The translations under genes were made by a program, and so were the position numbers. The notes beneath the pieces were generated by a model, which saw only the letters and a program-made list of their open reading frames with translations, was not told where the DNA came from and ran no database searches. DNA of 63,958 nt, the filler included, from Octopus bimaculoides (taxonomy: Eukaryota), in NCBI RefSeq assembly GCF_001194135.2. It is 5 parts of 5 records of this genome, joined end to end, with 100 filler letters (N's around TTAATTAATTAA, not from the genome) between each part and the next. Parts side by side here need not be neighbours in the genome. Positions count along the whole stretch, not along the records: positions 15,153 to 43,481 come from NC_068989.1; positions 43,582 to 59,079 come from NC_068988.1; 3 more parts are not named here. One strand, given 5' to 3'. Every line of letters begins with the position of its first letter. Position 1 is the first letter of the stretch. Shown piece after piece: positions 36,477 to 48,829 of this stretch.

Positions 36477-36790
36477 GTCTGACTGTCTGACTGCCTGACT
36501 GTCTGTCTGTCTGACTGTCTGTCTGTCTGACTGTCTGCCTGTCTGACTGTCTGCCTGTCTGACTGTCTGTCTGTCTGACTGTCTGTCTGTCTGACTGTCT
36601 GTCTGACTGTCTGTCTGACTGTCTGTCTGTCTCACTGTCTGCCTGTCTGACTGTCTGTCTGTCTGACTGTCTGTCTGTCTGACTGTCTGTCTGTCTGACT
36701 GTCTGTCTGACTGTCTGTCTGACTGTCTGTCTGTCTGTCTGTCTGACTGTCTGTCTGCCTGCCTGAACGTCTGTCTGTCTGTCTGTCTGT
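36477..36790. repeat. (CTGT)/(CTGA) tetranucleotide tract with 12-16-bp higher-order period
   Basis: Directly visible. Confidence 0.9.
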
Positions 36791-36952
36791 GTCTGTCTCT
36801 CATTCTCTTCCGTTTATTCTCCCCCCTCCATATATCCTTTTCCATCTCCCCGCATCTCATCTCTCTCACTCTTTACCGGTCTCTCCTGTCTTTCTTCTGC
36901 CACTTCTTTCTAAAACTCTTCATGCCTAATATGCTTCGAGCTNNNNNNNNNN

Positions 36953-37052
36953 CGCTAATTTATAAAAACATTTGACATATTAATAAAAATCTGTAAATGT
37001 ACAACCATCCAGATATCTGAGTACCTTATTATTTTTTCTAATATATATATAT
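36953..37052. mobile_element. Single arm of the 22862-23100 MITE family
   Basis: Near-identical to 23006-23100; starts at a short gap. Confidence 0.85.
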
Positions 37053-37549
37053 AAAATACAAAATGGGACGAGAACGCAAAACATCCGGACAGTTAGGTAA
37101 TACAAAAACGGGACAACAAAAGATCCACATAGACGATACAAAGAAAACAATGCCGTTTCATTCGAAGTTTTCTTTCCTCAATCGAGTACCAGATCATCTT
37201 CGCAATTTCGTCTGATTATACTCGAGGTTGCTCCAATCTAGCCAGCCCCAAGGAAAAACTAAGCTAAGAGCATTAGATTCGTTGGAAGAAAGCAGCTAAT
37301 GTATACAAAAACAACGACGGAAAAAAACGGACAATGTTACACAAATACAATAAAAATAATAACAGGACATAACAACAGGTGTCTTTCGACTGAGGACGAA
37401 TTAAATTAAGCTGGCGTGTCTTGAAATAAAGCCTTACGGCAGGGATACTAGTTTTCACAGGAACAGGGAGGAATATCGATGTTGCACGCACAACGGCAGG
37501 CGAAGAAGGAAAGATCAGGCTTGGCCGAACGCCAAACACGTGGGAAGAG

Positions 37550-37561
37550 AGAGAGGGGGGG

Positions 37562-37604
<43 letters not shown>

Positions 37605-37713
37605 AGAGAGAGAGAGAAAGATAGAAAGAAGGAAAGAAAGAAAGAAAGAGAGAGAGAGAAAGAAAGAAAGAAAGAAAAAGAAAGAAAGAAAGAAATAAAG
37701 AAAGAAAGAGGTA

Positions 37714-37753
<40 letters not shown>

Positions 37754-37785
37754 AGAGAGAGAAAGAAAGACAGAAAGACGGAGAG

Positions 37786-37858
<73 letters not shown>
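37550..37858. repeat. ~300-bp polypurine (AAAG)n/(AG)n tract
   Basis: Directly visible. Confidence 0.95.
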
Positions 37859-37860
<2 letters not shown>

Positions 37861-37949
37861 TACCTTAATGATTATTGTCAGAGCGCGAAGTACACATAAT
37901 TGAAGGTAAGGCGTAGCCCCGCTATCCACTGTTGCCATTAGGTAGATAT

Positions 37950-38477
37950 GGGATCAGAGGAAAACTTTCAAACTTCGTATACTTATCTATTTTGTGTTAT
38001 AGAACAGAAAAATATTTTTATATTCGAATTTATTTCATGTAAAAAATTGTCTTATTTCGATAATTTCAACCAATCACTGACAAGTATTCAGTTGTTTACA
38101 TTTACTCCTTTAGCTGATTAAGCGATGTAAAGCGTATTTAATCTCCATACCTTCGTTTTATTTGCTTTTTTCATTTTAAATTTGCTTTAACCCTAACCCT
38201 AGGGTTAGGGTTTTGGTTAGGGTTAGGGCTAGGGTTAATTGTTTCAGAATCGTTTGTTTATGTAGTCGGCACTTAATGTATATCGGCTGAATGGACGTCA
38301 GTGATTGGTTGAAATTACAGAAATACGACAACTTTCACATGGAATAACTTATGGATTTCTTTTTTTTTTAAGAAGACTAAGAGAAAAAAGATGTTTTATA
38401 TGACACATTCTACCAGTGTTCCAAGTTTCAAAGTGTTTCGTTAATGAAAAATGTGGCCCCCGTTTTAAAAAAGATCC
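37950..38477. mobile_element. Non-autonomous DNA element with internal inverted repeats and a telomere-like core
   Basis: Exact 21-bp IR at 38061-38081/38297-38317; GGATC/GATCC ends; core AACCCTAACCCTAGGGTTAGGGTT(38189-38212) plus further TTAGGG units. Confidence 0.65.
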
Positions 38478-39260
38478 GAAAACTATCTCTGATTGACGGG
38501 ATAAAACAGATGCTAGTGAAATGAATCATACATTCTCAAAATGAGGAACAATGCAAGGTGTAAGCAGTGTAAATCTTCTTATATGTGTCCCTGTATCCTG
38601 GAATATCAGCTAAGTTGCTACTCCGTAGACAAAATAATAGATATACCCTATACAGACAAACTAAGAAAACGTTAAAACGAGAAGAGACCCACAGAAAATT
38701 TATTACTAAGATGGTGTTGGTGTGGGGAAACAAATATGACGTAACAGAATGGATATTGTGTGCGTAGACAAAGTGCTTAACTGAAAAACTGTAACAATGA
38801 AACAATAAAACAAAGCAATGAAAAAGTCCGATAGATTTACTCGCTGGTCATTTGAAGATTGACCAGTAACTTGCCAAGTTGTGAATGGGATTGAAGTGGC
38901 CGAGGTCCAGGTTCGTCAAAACCAATAGTCATTCATTGTAACAAAAGAACGTCGAGCAGCTGCGCATGTGACCTTCTTGATTTATGCCTCACTGCATTAG
39001 CTTATCGAAACATTATTAATAAAAAGACATGGAACAATGCCGTCATACAGAAATACTATGGACAAGAAAGAAAAGTATTCTATGTGATACATACTGAGAA
39101 ACTAACGTTCTTATACTTTCTGGAGGAAAAGCAAATGCATCTCAGTGTACATATCAATCCATGAAATGAACAGTGTGGCATAAAACATTACATATCTCTT
39201 TTACTCTTNNNNNNNNNNTCAATTCATGAAATGAACAGTGTGGCATAAAACATTACATAT

Positions 39261-39490
39261 CTCTTTTACTCTTTTACTCTTTTACTTGTTTCAGTCATTT
39301 GACTGTGGCCATGTTGGATCACCGACTTAAGTCGAGCAAATCGACCCCAGGACTTTTTCTTTGTAAGCCAAGTACTTATTCTATCAGTCTCTTTTGCCGA
39401 ACTGCTAAGTTACGGGGACATAAACACTTCAGCATCGGTTGTCAAACGATGTTGGTGGGACAAACATAGACACACACAAATAAATATATA
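39261..39490 (-). mobile_element. SINE family C, 3' half with (GAGTAAAA)n tail
   Basis: Reverse complement of 40350-40572. Confidence 0.85.
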
Positions 39491-39599
39491 TCATATATGA
39501 GTATGCTTATGAGTAGTGCAGATTATAGGCGGTGTTTCAGCATGGCCTCAGTCATGTGGCTGCAACAAGTAAAAGAATAAAAGAATACACACAAACACA

Positions 39600-39667
<68 letters not shown>

Positions 39668-39957
39668 TATGTTTATAGAATGAAGTAGTTTCTGTGAAGC
39701 ATTGTGAGGTATAACTTTAAAGAATGTCGTTGTGTAATGATGGAACAATGCGAGAAGGTACAAAGTAAACTACAAAATGAAAAAAAAAAAAAAAAAAAAA
39801 ACTGAATAATGTTGCAGTTTTACCCTGTGTTTCTATATTTCGTACTGAAGATCTCTTCTTCAAGACTTTCAGGAAAGGGGTAGTTGGAAAAGATTGTTGC
39901 TCAGATGTGGTGGTGGTGGTAGGGAAGGAGGAAGATGACATGCGCCGACTATTGTTG

Positions 39958-40100
39958 CTATAACAACCAGTCTGCTTCGTGTAGTTCATTCCTGTTATTA
40001 ATAGGTGGATTCAATTTGTGTATAAGGGTGGCTTCCATAATTCTGAGATTGCCTCTGAAGCGTTGGGTTGCCTTGATGGAAACTTTGAAAGTTTCTGTCT
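39958..40100 (-). mobile_element. PLE GIY-YIG C-terminal tip
   Basis: FKVSI..LRIMEATLIHKLNPPINNRNE resembles the LxIxEAxxIxxxxPxIN motif. Confidence 0.55.
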
Positions 40101-40166
40101 GTCTGTCTGTCTGATTGTCTGCATATACTCCTTTATTTATATATTTATTATTATTATCATTATATA

Positions 40167-40572
40167 GGCGTAGGAGTGGCTGTGTGGTATGTAGCTTGCT
40201 TACCAACCACACGATCCCGGGTTCAGTCCCACTGCGTGGCATCTTGGGCTAGTGTCTTCTACTATAGCCTCGGGCCGACCAATGCCTTGTGAGTGGATTT
40301 GGTAGATGGAAACTGAAAGAAGCCTGTCGTATATATGTATATATATATGTATGTGTGTATGTGTTTGTATGTCTGTGTTTGTCCCCCCAACATCGCTTGA
40401 CAACCGATGCTGGTGTGTTTATGTTCCCGTAACTTAGCGGTTCGGCAAAGAGACCGATAGTATAAGTACGAGGCTACCAAAGAATAAGTCGTGGGGTCGA
40501 TTTGCTCGACTAAAGGCGGTGCTCCAGCATGGCCACAGTCAAAAGACTGAAACAAGTAAAAGAGTAAAAGAG
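40167..40572 (+). mobile_element. SINE family C, best-preserved full-length copy
   Basis: A box TGGCTGTGTGG, B box GGGTTCAGTCCC, internal (TA)/(TG), GAGTAAAAGAG tail; candidate TSD ATTATCATTAT (40153-40163/40573-40583, low complexity). Confidence 0.9.
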
Positions 40573-40607
40573 ATTATCATTATCATTATTATTATTANNN
40601 NNNNNNN

Positions 40608-40664
<57 letters not shown>

Positions 40665-40669
40665 CATCA

Positions 40670-40722
<53 letters not shown>

Positions 40723-41258
40723 CATCTATCTCTAATATACAATGTTGCGTATTCAGGCAGTACTTGTGTGTGCATGCCTAACTGGAAGGAAAAATTCATA
40801 TTCACTTTAGTAAGTACGTGTATATCAGTACATTTTATTAGTATACAGGTGCACTATCCCTGATTCTACCTTGGCGTTGTTACTATTTAAATATCTGATT
40901 CGTTCGGATCCTGAAAATTTTATTACACACACACACAGATATGCTTACATACATACATATATACATACATACATAGGGATATGTATATATATATATATTT
41001 TATAATATATTATTATATATATAATCGCTCGTACTAAATACATAAATACTTTAATAGAATTAATACTCTGATACAGCAGAGCACTCAATATAAATTCAGT
41101 ATATGATATTCTCATTGAATATATTTAACTAAAGATTTATATATATATATGTATATNNNNNNNNNNATATAAATAAGGATAAGATCGTTATTTAAATTAC
41201 CGATCCTATCAGGTGGCCAGCATGGGAATAAAAACCTCAAAAGGTAATAATTATTATT

Positions 41259-41410
41259 AAAATTATAATTAAGGGTATCTAAGAGAAAGCAACATGCTTG
41301 AAATAGCAGCCAAAACTTGACTCTAAAACATTTAATGTGGTTTTAGAGTCAAGTTTTGGCTGCTATTTCAAGCATGCTGGTATCTCTTAGATACCCTTAA
41401 TTATAATTTT
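41259..41410. mobile_element. ~150-bp hairpin MITE
   Basis: ~70-bp arms, 10-nt loop (41330-41339), few mismatches. Confidence 0.9.
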
Positions 41411-41547
41411 ACATATATGGATAGATAGACAGACAGACAGACACAGAGGTGGATGGATGCACTTTTACGCACACATTCATATACATGCATAGACACAGAG
41501 ACATATAAACGCACACACGCACACAGACACACACATACACACACATA

Positions 41548-41594
<47 letters not shown>

Positions 41595-42632
41595 GTTTAC
41601 ATGCGTGGCTGAAAGACTTCTTTCTTGTAGATAAGCATTATAGTACCCTTGAAGATATCAAGTCAAGATTTCAGTAATGAATGATTATATAAAAACGTAC
41701 CTTTTATTTGATAGATGGTTTATTACTTCATGTCAATGTTACCCCATTAATTTTCAGTGGTTCATGCATGGACAGCATTGTTGTGTGACGATACTTTCCT
41801 TATACGAACATATATATATTTTTCTATTTCATTTTTCTTTTAAAGGCAGACTATCATTTTCGGAACACCGGTGAAAAACGGCTCAAGATACAGGCAAATA
41901 TGCATAAAATATAAATGTAATATTATAAAATAGTTAGGAAATATCTGTTGATATCCATCATCCCATCTTCCAACATGTCACATATCCACCAATCAAAATA
42001 ATAATTTATATATTTCGCAATATAAACGGGTATAATACACGCATAAACACAAGAGCGTACGCACACACACATGCGCGCGTATGTAATAATGCACACGAAA
42101 TCCAAATATTCAAGTCTATTCACACTGGATCTCCCAATTTATTACTGTATAAAGTTTCCATTAAGTTTCGCTCCCTTTCGCTCTCTTTCTCTCTGTCTCT
42201 CCTTCCCTATGCATATATATTTTCCATACTTATGTATATATATATACATGTATGTGTGTGTGCATATGTGAATGTCTATTTATATGTAGACGTATATATA
42301 TATATATAAATATAAATATATATATATATGTATATATATGTATATATGTGTGTATATATGTATATATGTGTATGTATATATATATGTGTATATATATGTA
42401 TATATATAGTTTTTGACTTATTTAGTCCCTCTAAGCGTGAGGCATTACTATATAGTTAATGTCCTTATATANNNNNNNNNNNNNNNNNNNNNNNNNNNNN
42501 NNNNNNNNNNNNNNNNNNNNNNNNNNNNNNNNNNNNNNNNNNNNNNNNNNNNNNNNNNNNNNNNNNNNNNTATATATGTATATATATATGTATGTATATA
42601 TATACATACATATATATATATACATACATATA

Positions 42633-42679
<47 letters not shown>

Positions 42680-42689
42680 GTATATATAT

Positions 42690-43257
42690 ATAACAAGGAG
42701 AAACTCGTCGTTTTCGGTAGTACGTCTTTAATTAATTAACAAAAAAAAAAGGGTAGCATTTACGATCGTTTCAATTTACTAGTTTTAGTAAATATCTTTA
42801 AAATGCGAAAAATAGATTGATACGTCGAACAGAATGCGAAAAATAAACTGATACAATGGTAATGGTAATAGAGTCAAAATTTGTTAGTCTTACGTTATAT
42901 TATGTTCTTAAGTTGATTATTCCGCTGGGGAGTGGATTTCATTGTAGTAGTTTGGTTAGTTTCGCCCTAATTGCCCAACGGAACCATAAACTAACCAAAC
43001 TACTACAATGAAATCCACTGCCCAGTGGAATAATCAACTTAAGAACATAATATAATGTAAGACTAACAAATTTTGACTCCTACCATTACCATTGTATCAA
43101 TTTATTTTTCGCATTCTGATCGATGTATCAATCTATTTTTCGCATTTTAAAGATATTTACTAAAACTAGTAAATTGAAACGATCGTAAATGATACCTTCT
43201 TCTTTGTTAATTAAATTAAAGACATACCAGCGAAAACGACGAGTTTCCCCTTGTTAT
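42690..43257. mobile_element. Large foldback element with ~270-bp TIRs
   Basis: Arms 42690-42962 and 42988-43257, 25-nt loop; TA at both termini; left end in (TA)n. Confidence 0.92.
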
Positions 43258-43446
43258 TTACAGCCATTTTCTTCTCGAAGATAACCTAAACTATGGTCTG
43301 CCTACCGAACTACTTGATACCGTACAACTTTACTAAGGACTGCACCTACTCAGGTAATAACCAGGAGCGCCTTTGTATTTAATTATCTCTTAGAGGTTTT
43401 AAACTCCTCTAACTGATATGCATATTATACATACATACATACATAG

Positions 43447-43481
<35 letters not shown>

Positions 43482-43581
43482 NNNNNNNNNNNNNNNNNNN
43501 NNNNNNNNNNNNNNNNNNNNNNNNNTTAATTAATTAANNNNNNNNNNNNNNNNNNNNNNNNNNNNNNNNNNNNNNNNNNNN

Positions 43582-43615
<34 letters not shown>

Positions 43616-43894
43616 TATATATATATAAACACATATGTACGTGCACATATGGCATATAGAGATAGATCGATAGCTTTATGTATATACATATATATTTATA
43701 CATGAGTAGGAACACAGACGCAGACACAAGCACACACACAAGTACACACACACACATACATACATACATACATACATACATACGCACACACTCACTCATA
43801 CATACATATATACATACATACATACATGCATACATGCATACACACACATACATACATACATTCATACATACATACATAGATGAATGTATTTTGT

Positions 43895-44055
43895 TTAATC
43901 TTTTACTTGCTTTAGTCTTTAAACTGCAGCCATGAAGGAGCACCGCGTTGAACTTCTATCGCCCGGATAGATCCCAATGCTTATTTTTCTAAAAATCTGG
44001 TACTCATTCAATTGCTCTCTTTTTTCTGAACCACTAAGTTAGAGGGGCGTAGATA
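43895..44055 (-). mobile_element. SINE family C, decayed 3' part
   Basis: CTTTTACTTGCTTTAGTC..GCCATGAAGGAGCACCGC..CCACTAAGTT. Confidence 0.6.
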
Positions 44056-45046
44056 TGAGGGGTTCTATCACTTTTCGTCTGCCAGATCCACTGGTTAGGT
44101 TTTTCTCGGCTTCAGTTTATAGTAGACTAGCAGCTAAGCCCAGTTTCCCCTGATCGGTTTGGATGATGTGGCTGTAAAACCTGCTCTGTGTAAGCATTCG
44201 ACTTGTTTGGTCACGCTTACGTTAAGAAACAATTTCAGAATGACATTTTCTCTCAAAACGCTAAAAATAACTGACCAACAAAAAAAAACTGACCAAGATT
44301 CAACCAAGTCGAAAAATAAACTCAAATACTAAGCGAACAAAGATGAACCCTCCCACTTCCATTGCGCAAGTGCAACCGCGCACACGCACACACACACGCA
44401 AACACACACAGACATTCACATACCCCCCTTTTACATACACACACATATATTCACACAGAGTTGAAACGCTGTTTGATTTATTTTTTCAGCGTACAATTTT
44501 CTTCATCCCACTATCAAGTATGACATCACCCCTTCCTTCCTTATTCATCTATCACCACTTCCTTTCTCATTCATAAACACAAGAGTATTATTATGGTAGA
44601 TTATCTCGGTAACTATGGGAGCTATGGAAAAATACAAAGCCCAGCAACACCACCCGATCATTCTACACATCTGTGTAATTTTTTACGCAATTCCACCCAC
44701 CCAGCCGTTTGACTGTGAATCCCAAGACAAGAAAGAATCGCCTATGCCAAATTTATATGTACAGAAGATACTTNNNNNNNNNNNNNNNNNNNNNNNNNNN
44801 NNNNNNNNNNNNNNNNNNNNNNNNNNNNNNNNNNNNNNNNNNNNNNNNNNNNNNNNNNNNNNNNNNNNNNNNNNNNNNNNNNNNNNNNNNNNNNNNNNNN
44901 NNNNNNNNNNNNNNNNNNNNNNNNNNNNNNNNNNNNNNNNNNNNNNNNNNNNNNNATATATATATATATAAGGAAAAATAGACGGAAATTAATTTCCTAT
45001 ACAGAACAATAAGTTAGCGCTCAGTAAATAGGCCTAAGAGAATATA

Positions 45047-46360
45047 GAGTAATGTATGATTCAATGAAAAGGAAACCTTCGAGATATTGACAACCAAAAA
45101 ATAGATTATTTTCCTCAATATATTTTTCAAAAGATACAATTCATCATATAAAATATATAATATATAAATACAAAAAATATATATATATATAAAATATATA
45201 GATATATAAATATAAAATATATATCCGTATGAAAGCGCCTGAAATTGTAAATCCATTCTAAATTGTAAATCCGTTCTAAAACAAAAAGGTTGCAGGTTAA
45301 ATGTACGCAGTCAATGCATTGCAAAACCGAAAATATTTAAATGATGCATGGGTAACTAAAAAAAGGGAAATGGAATCCATGGAATGTAATCAGGAGTGTA
45401 GTAATCTGAATTCCATAAAAAAAAAATTGTAATTACTGATCTCCAGAATTTTGCCCGTTAAGAGTTTCTTGTTTAAAATATAAAAAAGAAATTTACAGAT
45501 GTGAAGTAAGTAGCTCAAAAGAACTCAAGAAAATCTACATAGGGAGCACAATAGACTTTAAAACTAGATATAGGAGGTATAAAACTTCATTTGCAAATCC
45601 GAGCACGAAAAATTCGACAGCACTAGCCAGACACATAGATAATTTAAAAGCGGAAAATAAACAATTTAAACTAGATTGATCAATAATTGCTCAAAGTACT
45701 CCATATAACCCACACACACACAAGAATGTGTAGATTATGTACTAAAGAATCCATTAATATACTTCGTACGAGTAGAAAAATATTATTAAATAAGATTTCG
45801 GATGCTTTAATATTTTGTAAACAGGTATTTTTCAACTTTGATTTTTTTTTTTTTTTTACTCATTAACGTATAGCCAACCTATTTTAATAATTGAAACCAA
45901 CATTCTGACGTTTCATCCCCAATGTGTTTTAGAAAATCCGTAAATGCATCATCTTCCTGTAAGGTTTGTAGTATATCTAACTCTCATTTTAGGATTTATT
46001 TTAGTTATCTGAACAAATTTTTATGGCAACAAAGGTTACCTGGTCGAGGTATGAAGTCTTTTAAAATCTCTGGACTTAAGAATTCGCTTCTTTTCGATTT
46101 TGGCATGCATTGACCGTGTACATTTAACCTTCAACCTTTTTAAGTTTTAGAACGGATTTACAATTTCAGGCTATTTTATACGGATATATATTCTATATTT
46201 ATATATATATTTATACATGTATTTTTTGTATTTATATATTATATATCTTACATGGTGAGTTGTCTCTTTTTCGAAAAATATATTGAGGAAGATAATCTGC
46301 TTTTTTCTTTTGGCTGTCAGTACCTCAAAGGTTGCCTTTTCATTGAAACCTATATTACTC
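45047..46360. repeat. ~280-bp imperfect inverted repeats (45047-45333 and 46091-46360)
   Basis: Colinear reverse complements from GAGTAAT..TTCAATGAAAAGG to GTCAATGCAT..AAAA; the left arm has an extra 18-bp duplication. Confidence 0.85.
45428..45824 (+). mobile_element. Naiad-type PLE GIY-YIG endonuclease remnant
   Basis: CNY*SPEFCPLRVSCL..IYRCEV..IYIGST.DFKTRY..KTSF..NSTALARHI..*SII; then CRLCTKE..LLNKISD..C after a frameshift. Confidence 0.85.
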
Positions 46361-46394
46361 ATATATATATATATATAGCTTTACCTGATATAAC

Positions 46395-46428
<34 letters not shown>

Positions 46429-46525
46429 TTTATTATTAATAAAGCAGCAGAAACATCACTAAAATATCACAAGCTGCTACAGTGTTTCATATTCTTGTTC
46501 GTCAGACAGCTTATACATACATACG

Positions 46526-46565
<40 letters not shown>

Positions 46566-47004
46566 CGTACATATATACAGAGGGAGAAAAGCTTTATATA
46601 GTGAGTGTGCAGGGATATATTATCCAGGCGGACACCCTGTTTGCTCTCAGTTTGCTTCCAGATGCCTGTTAACACAACGGTCCGTATTTGCTGACCGCGC
46701 TTACAATAAGTTGATAGACATTAGTAAATTTTCTCGTTGTGTAATTCATTTGGTCTTTTACCGGGTATTTTACTGCGGCTAATACTGGGCTCGATTACTC
46801 GCTGTACAAAAGAACCGCCTTGGACACATAAAGGACGACCAATTTTAAGTAACATAAACGTAAGCACGCGCATACACGCAAACTGACGCATTTATCAGAA
46901 TCATATAACATGCATGCATACATACATACATACATACATACATACATACATACATACATACATACATACATACATAAATACATACATACATTTATGAACG
47001 CATG

Positions 47005-47170
47005 CATACGACGAACTTCTATACTGCTTCTGCCTACTAAATTTCCCACAAGGCCTCAAAGAGCACGAGATTATAGTAGAAGGCACTTGCCTAAGGTGTT
47101 ATACAGTGGGATAGAACCCAGAACCATATGGTTACAAGAAATCTGTTAAACCACATAATCATGCCAGCAC
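47005..47170 (-). mobile_element. SINE family C, decayed 5' half
   Basis: TATAGTAGAAGGCACTTGCCTAAGGTG..CAGTGGGATAGAACCCAGAACCATATGG. Confidence 0.7.
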
Positions 47171-47954
47171 CTAAATTATTGACATGGTTGTTGCTTGTTT
47201 GTTTTGATTTTGCATCTTATTGGACTTTACAACTTAGTGGAGTAACTTATGTATGTCATTAATAGGGACTGTGAGTTATTGTCCCGACAAACGAACTTTT
47301 CCCTGACAAGAACATACAGAATTACAGATACAAGGCCAATTTTCTGGAACCAAATAATTCAATGAAATACAGATACCAGTACATTAGTATAAATGATACA
47401 TGTTTATTAATACTGTACTGTGAAAAGTACTACTCTGTACAGCGTATCACTAAAGTAGTCTGGCGACCGCGGAAGTTCCGTGTTCCTCCTCGTAAACTAT
47501 GCGAATTATAATACATTCTGGATCATCAGCGTTTGGAAATCAGTATTGTATCTATAATACAGCAAGTTTAAACTTGTGAAATTTTCATCCCCGTAGTCAT
47601 ATTGTAGTAGAATGATATTGTATATAGAATATATCTTCGATTCTATTCCACTTTCAAGATTATTTACTTCTTGAGGAAAGACATAAATAATGAATAACGA
47701 TTCTCAAGGTAAAAGTTTCATACATATATACCGAGTAATATAACTTTCATATATTTTGTTTCCCAAGAGACAAGGATCAATTGCTTTCTTTTTTTATTTA
47801 ATATAATTTCAAAACAAATTATTTATATTGAGATTCTCTACAAATTTTTTGATATATTGCAATTTTCAAAATAACATTGGAATGTCCACAGACGCTACTA
47901 GTGTTTATAATGGATTCCTGTTTAAAAATAATAATAATAATAATAATAATGATT

Positions 47955-48320
47955 GACGCAGTTAAGAAGCTCGCTTTGCAAACACGTGGTTTGCACGGCA
48001 CCTTGGCAAAGTGTCTTCTGCTATAGTACCGTGCCAACCAATGCCTTGTGTGAAGCCTGTTGTAAAAAGCCTGTCTGTGTTGAAGCCCAAATGTGTGTAT
48101 GTATGTATGTATCTGTTTGTGCTAGTTTTCCACATTGCTTGATAGTCGATGTTAGTTTGCTTACGTCCCCGTAGCTTATCAGCTCGACAAATGATATCGC
48201 TAGAATAAATAATTAACTTGAAAATAGTATCCTGGGATCGATTTGTTCGAATGAATCCAGCAAAGCGGTGCCCCAGCATGGCCTCAATCCAATAATTAAA
48301 ACCACTAAAACAGAAAGGAT
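47955..48320 (+). mobile_element. SINE family C, old full-length copy
   Basis: Colinear head, internal microsatellite and GCGGTGCCCCAGCATGGCC end. Confidence 0.7.
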
Positions 48321-48441
48321 ATAACGGGAAATATTGTATATACTAATAACCAGTAGGGACACCGTATTTCGTTAATGAACCGTAATATATTTCAAAATAT
48401 ATTACATAATATATTGCATAATACAAAATATATAACATAAT

Positions 48442-48829
48442 ATGCTTGTTGGCACTCCGTCGCTTACGACGTCGAGGGTTCCTGTTGATCCGATCAACGG
48501 AACAGCCTGCTCATGAAATGAACGTGCAAGTGGCTGAGCACTCCACAGACACGTGTACCCTTAACGTAGTTCTAGGGGATATTCAGCGTGACACAGTGTG
48601 ACAAGGCTGGCCCTTTGAAATACAGGCACAACAGAAACAGGAAGTAAGAGCGAGAGAAAGTTGTGGTGAAAGAGTACAGCAGGGTTCGCCACCATCCCCT
48701 GCCGGAGCCTCGTGGAGCTTTAGATGTTTTTCGCTCAATAAACACTCACAACGCCCGGTCTGGGAATCGAAACCGCGATCCTATGACCGCGAGTCCACTG
48801 CCCTAACCACTGGGCCATTGCGCCTCCAC
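48442..48829 (-). mobile_element. SINE family A, full length
   Basis: Reverse complement of the 1511 and 32843 copies; tail variant CAACAAGCAT, shared with the 14153 copy. Confidence 0.95.

Noticed and set aside
37055-37545. LTR- or pseudo-LTR-like segment
   Set aside because: It looks like an interspersed repeat, but there is no second copy, PBS or coding motif in the window to classify it.
38189-38236. Telomere-fusion site
   Set aside because: The order is CCCTAA then TTAGGG, the opposite of an end-to-end fusion, and it lies inside a mobile element.
39155-39268. ~50-bp direct repeat on either side of a 10-N gap
   Set aside because: Typical unmerged contig overlap.
41600-41740. Mariner C-terminal remnant; also a weak R4-like patch near 28140-28260 and an L2/RTE-like patch near 29230-29400
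   Set aside because: Similarity is too short and stop-ridden to call by eye.
45437-45679. In-frame TGA codons as selenocysteine in the Naiad-type endonuclease
   Set aside because: They fall at expected Arg (45437) and Trp (45677) positions, not Cys, and the fragment is frameshifted; ordinary decay is more likely.
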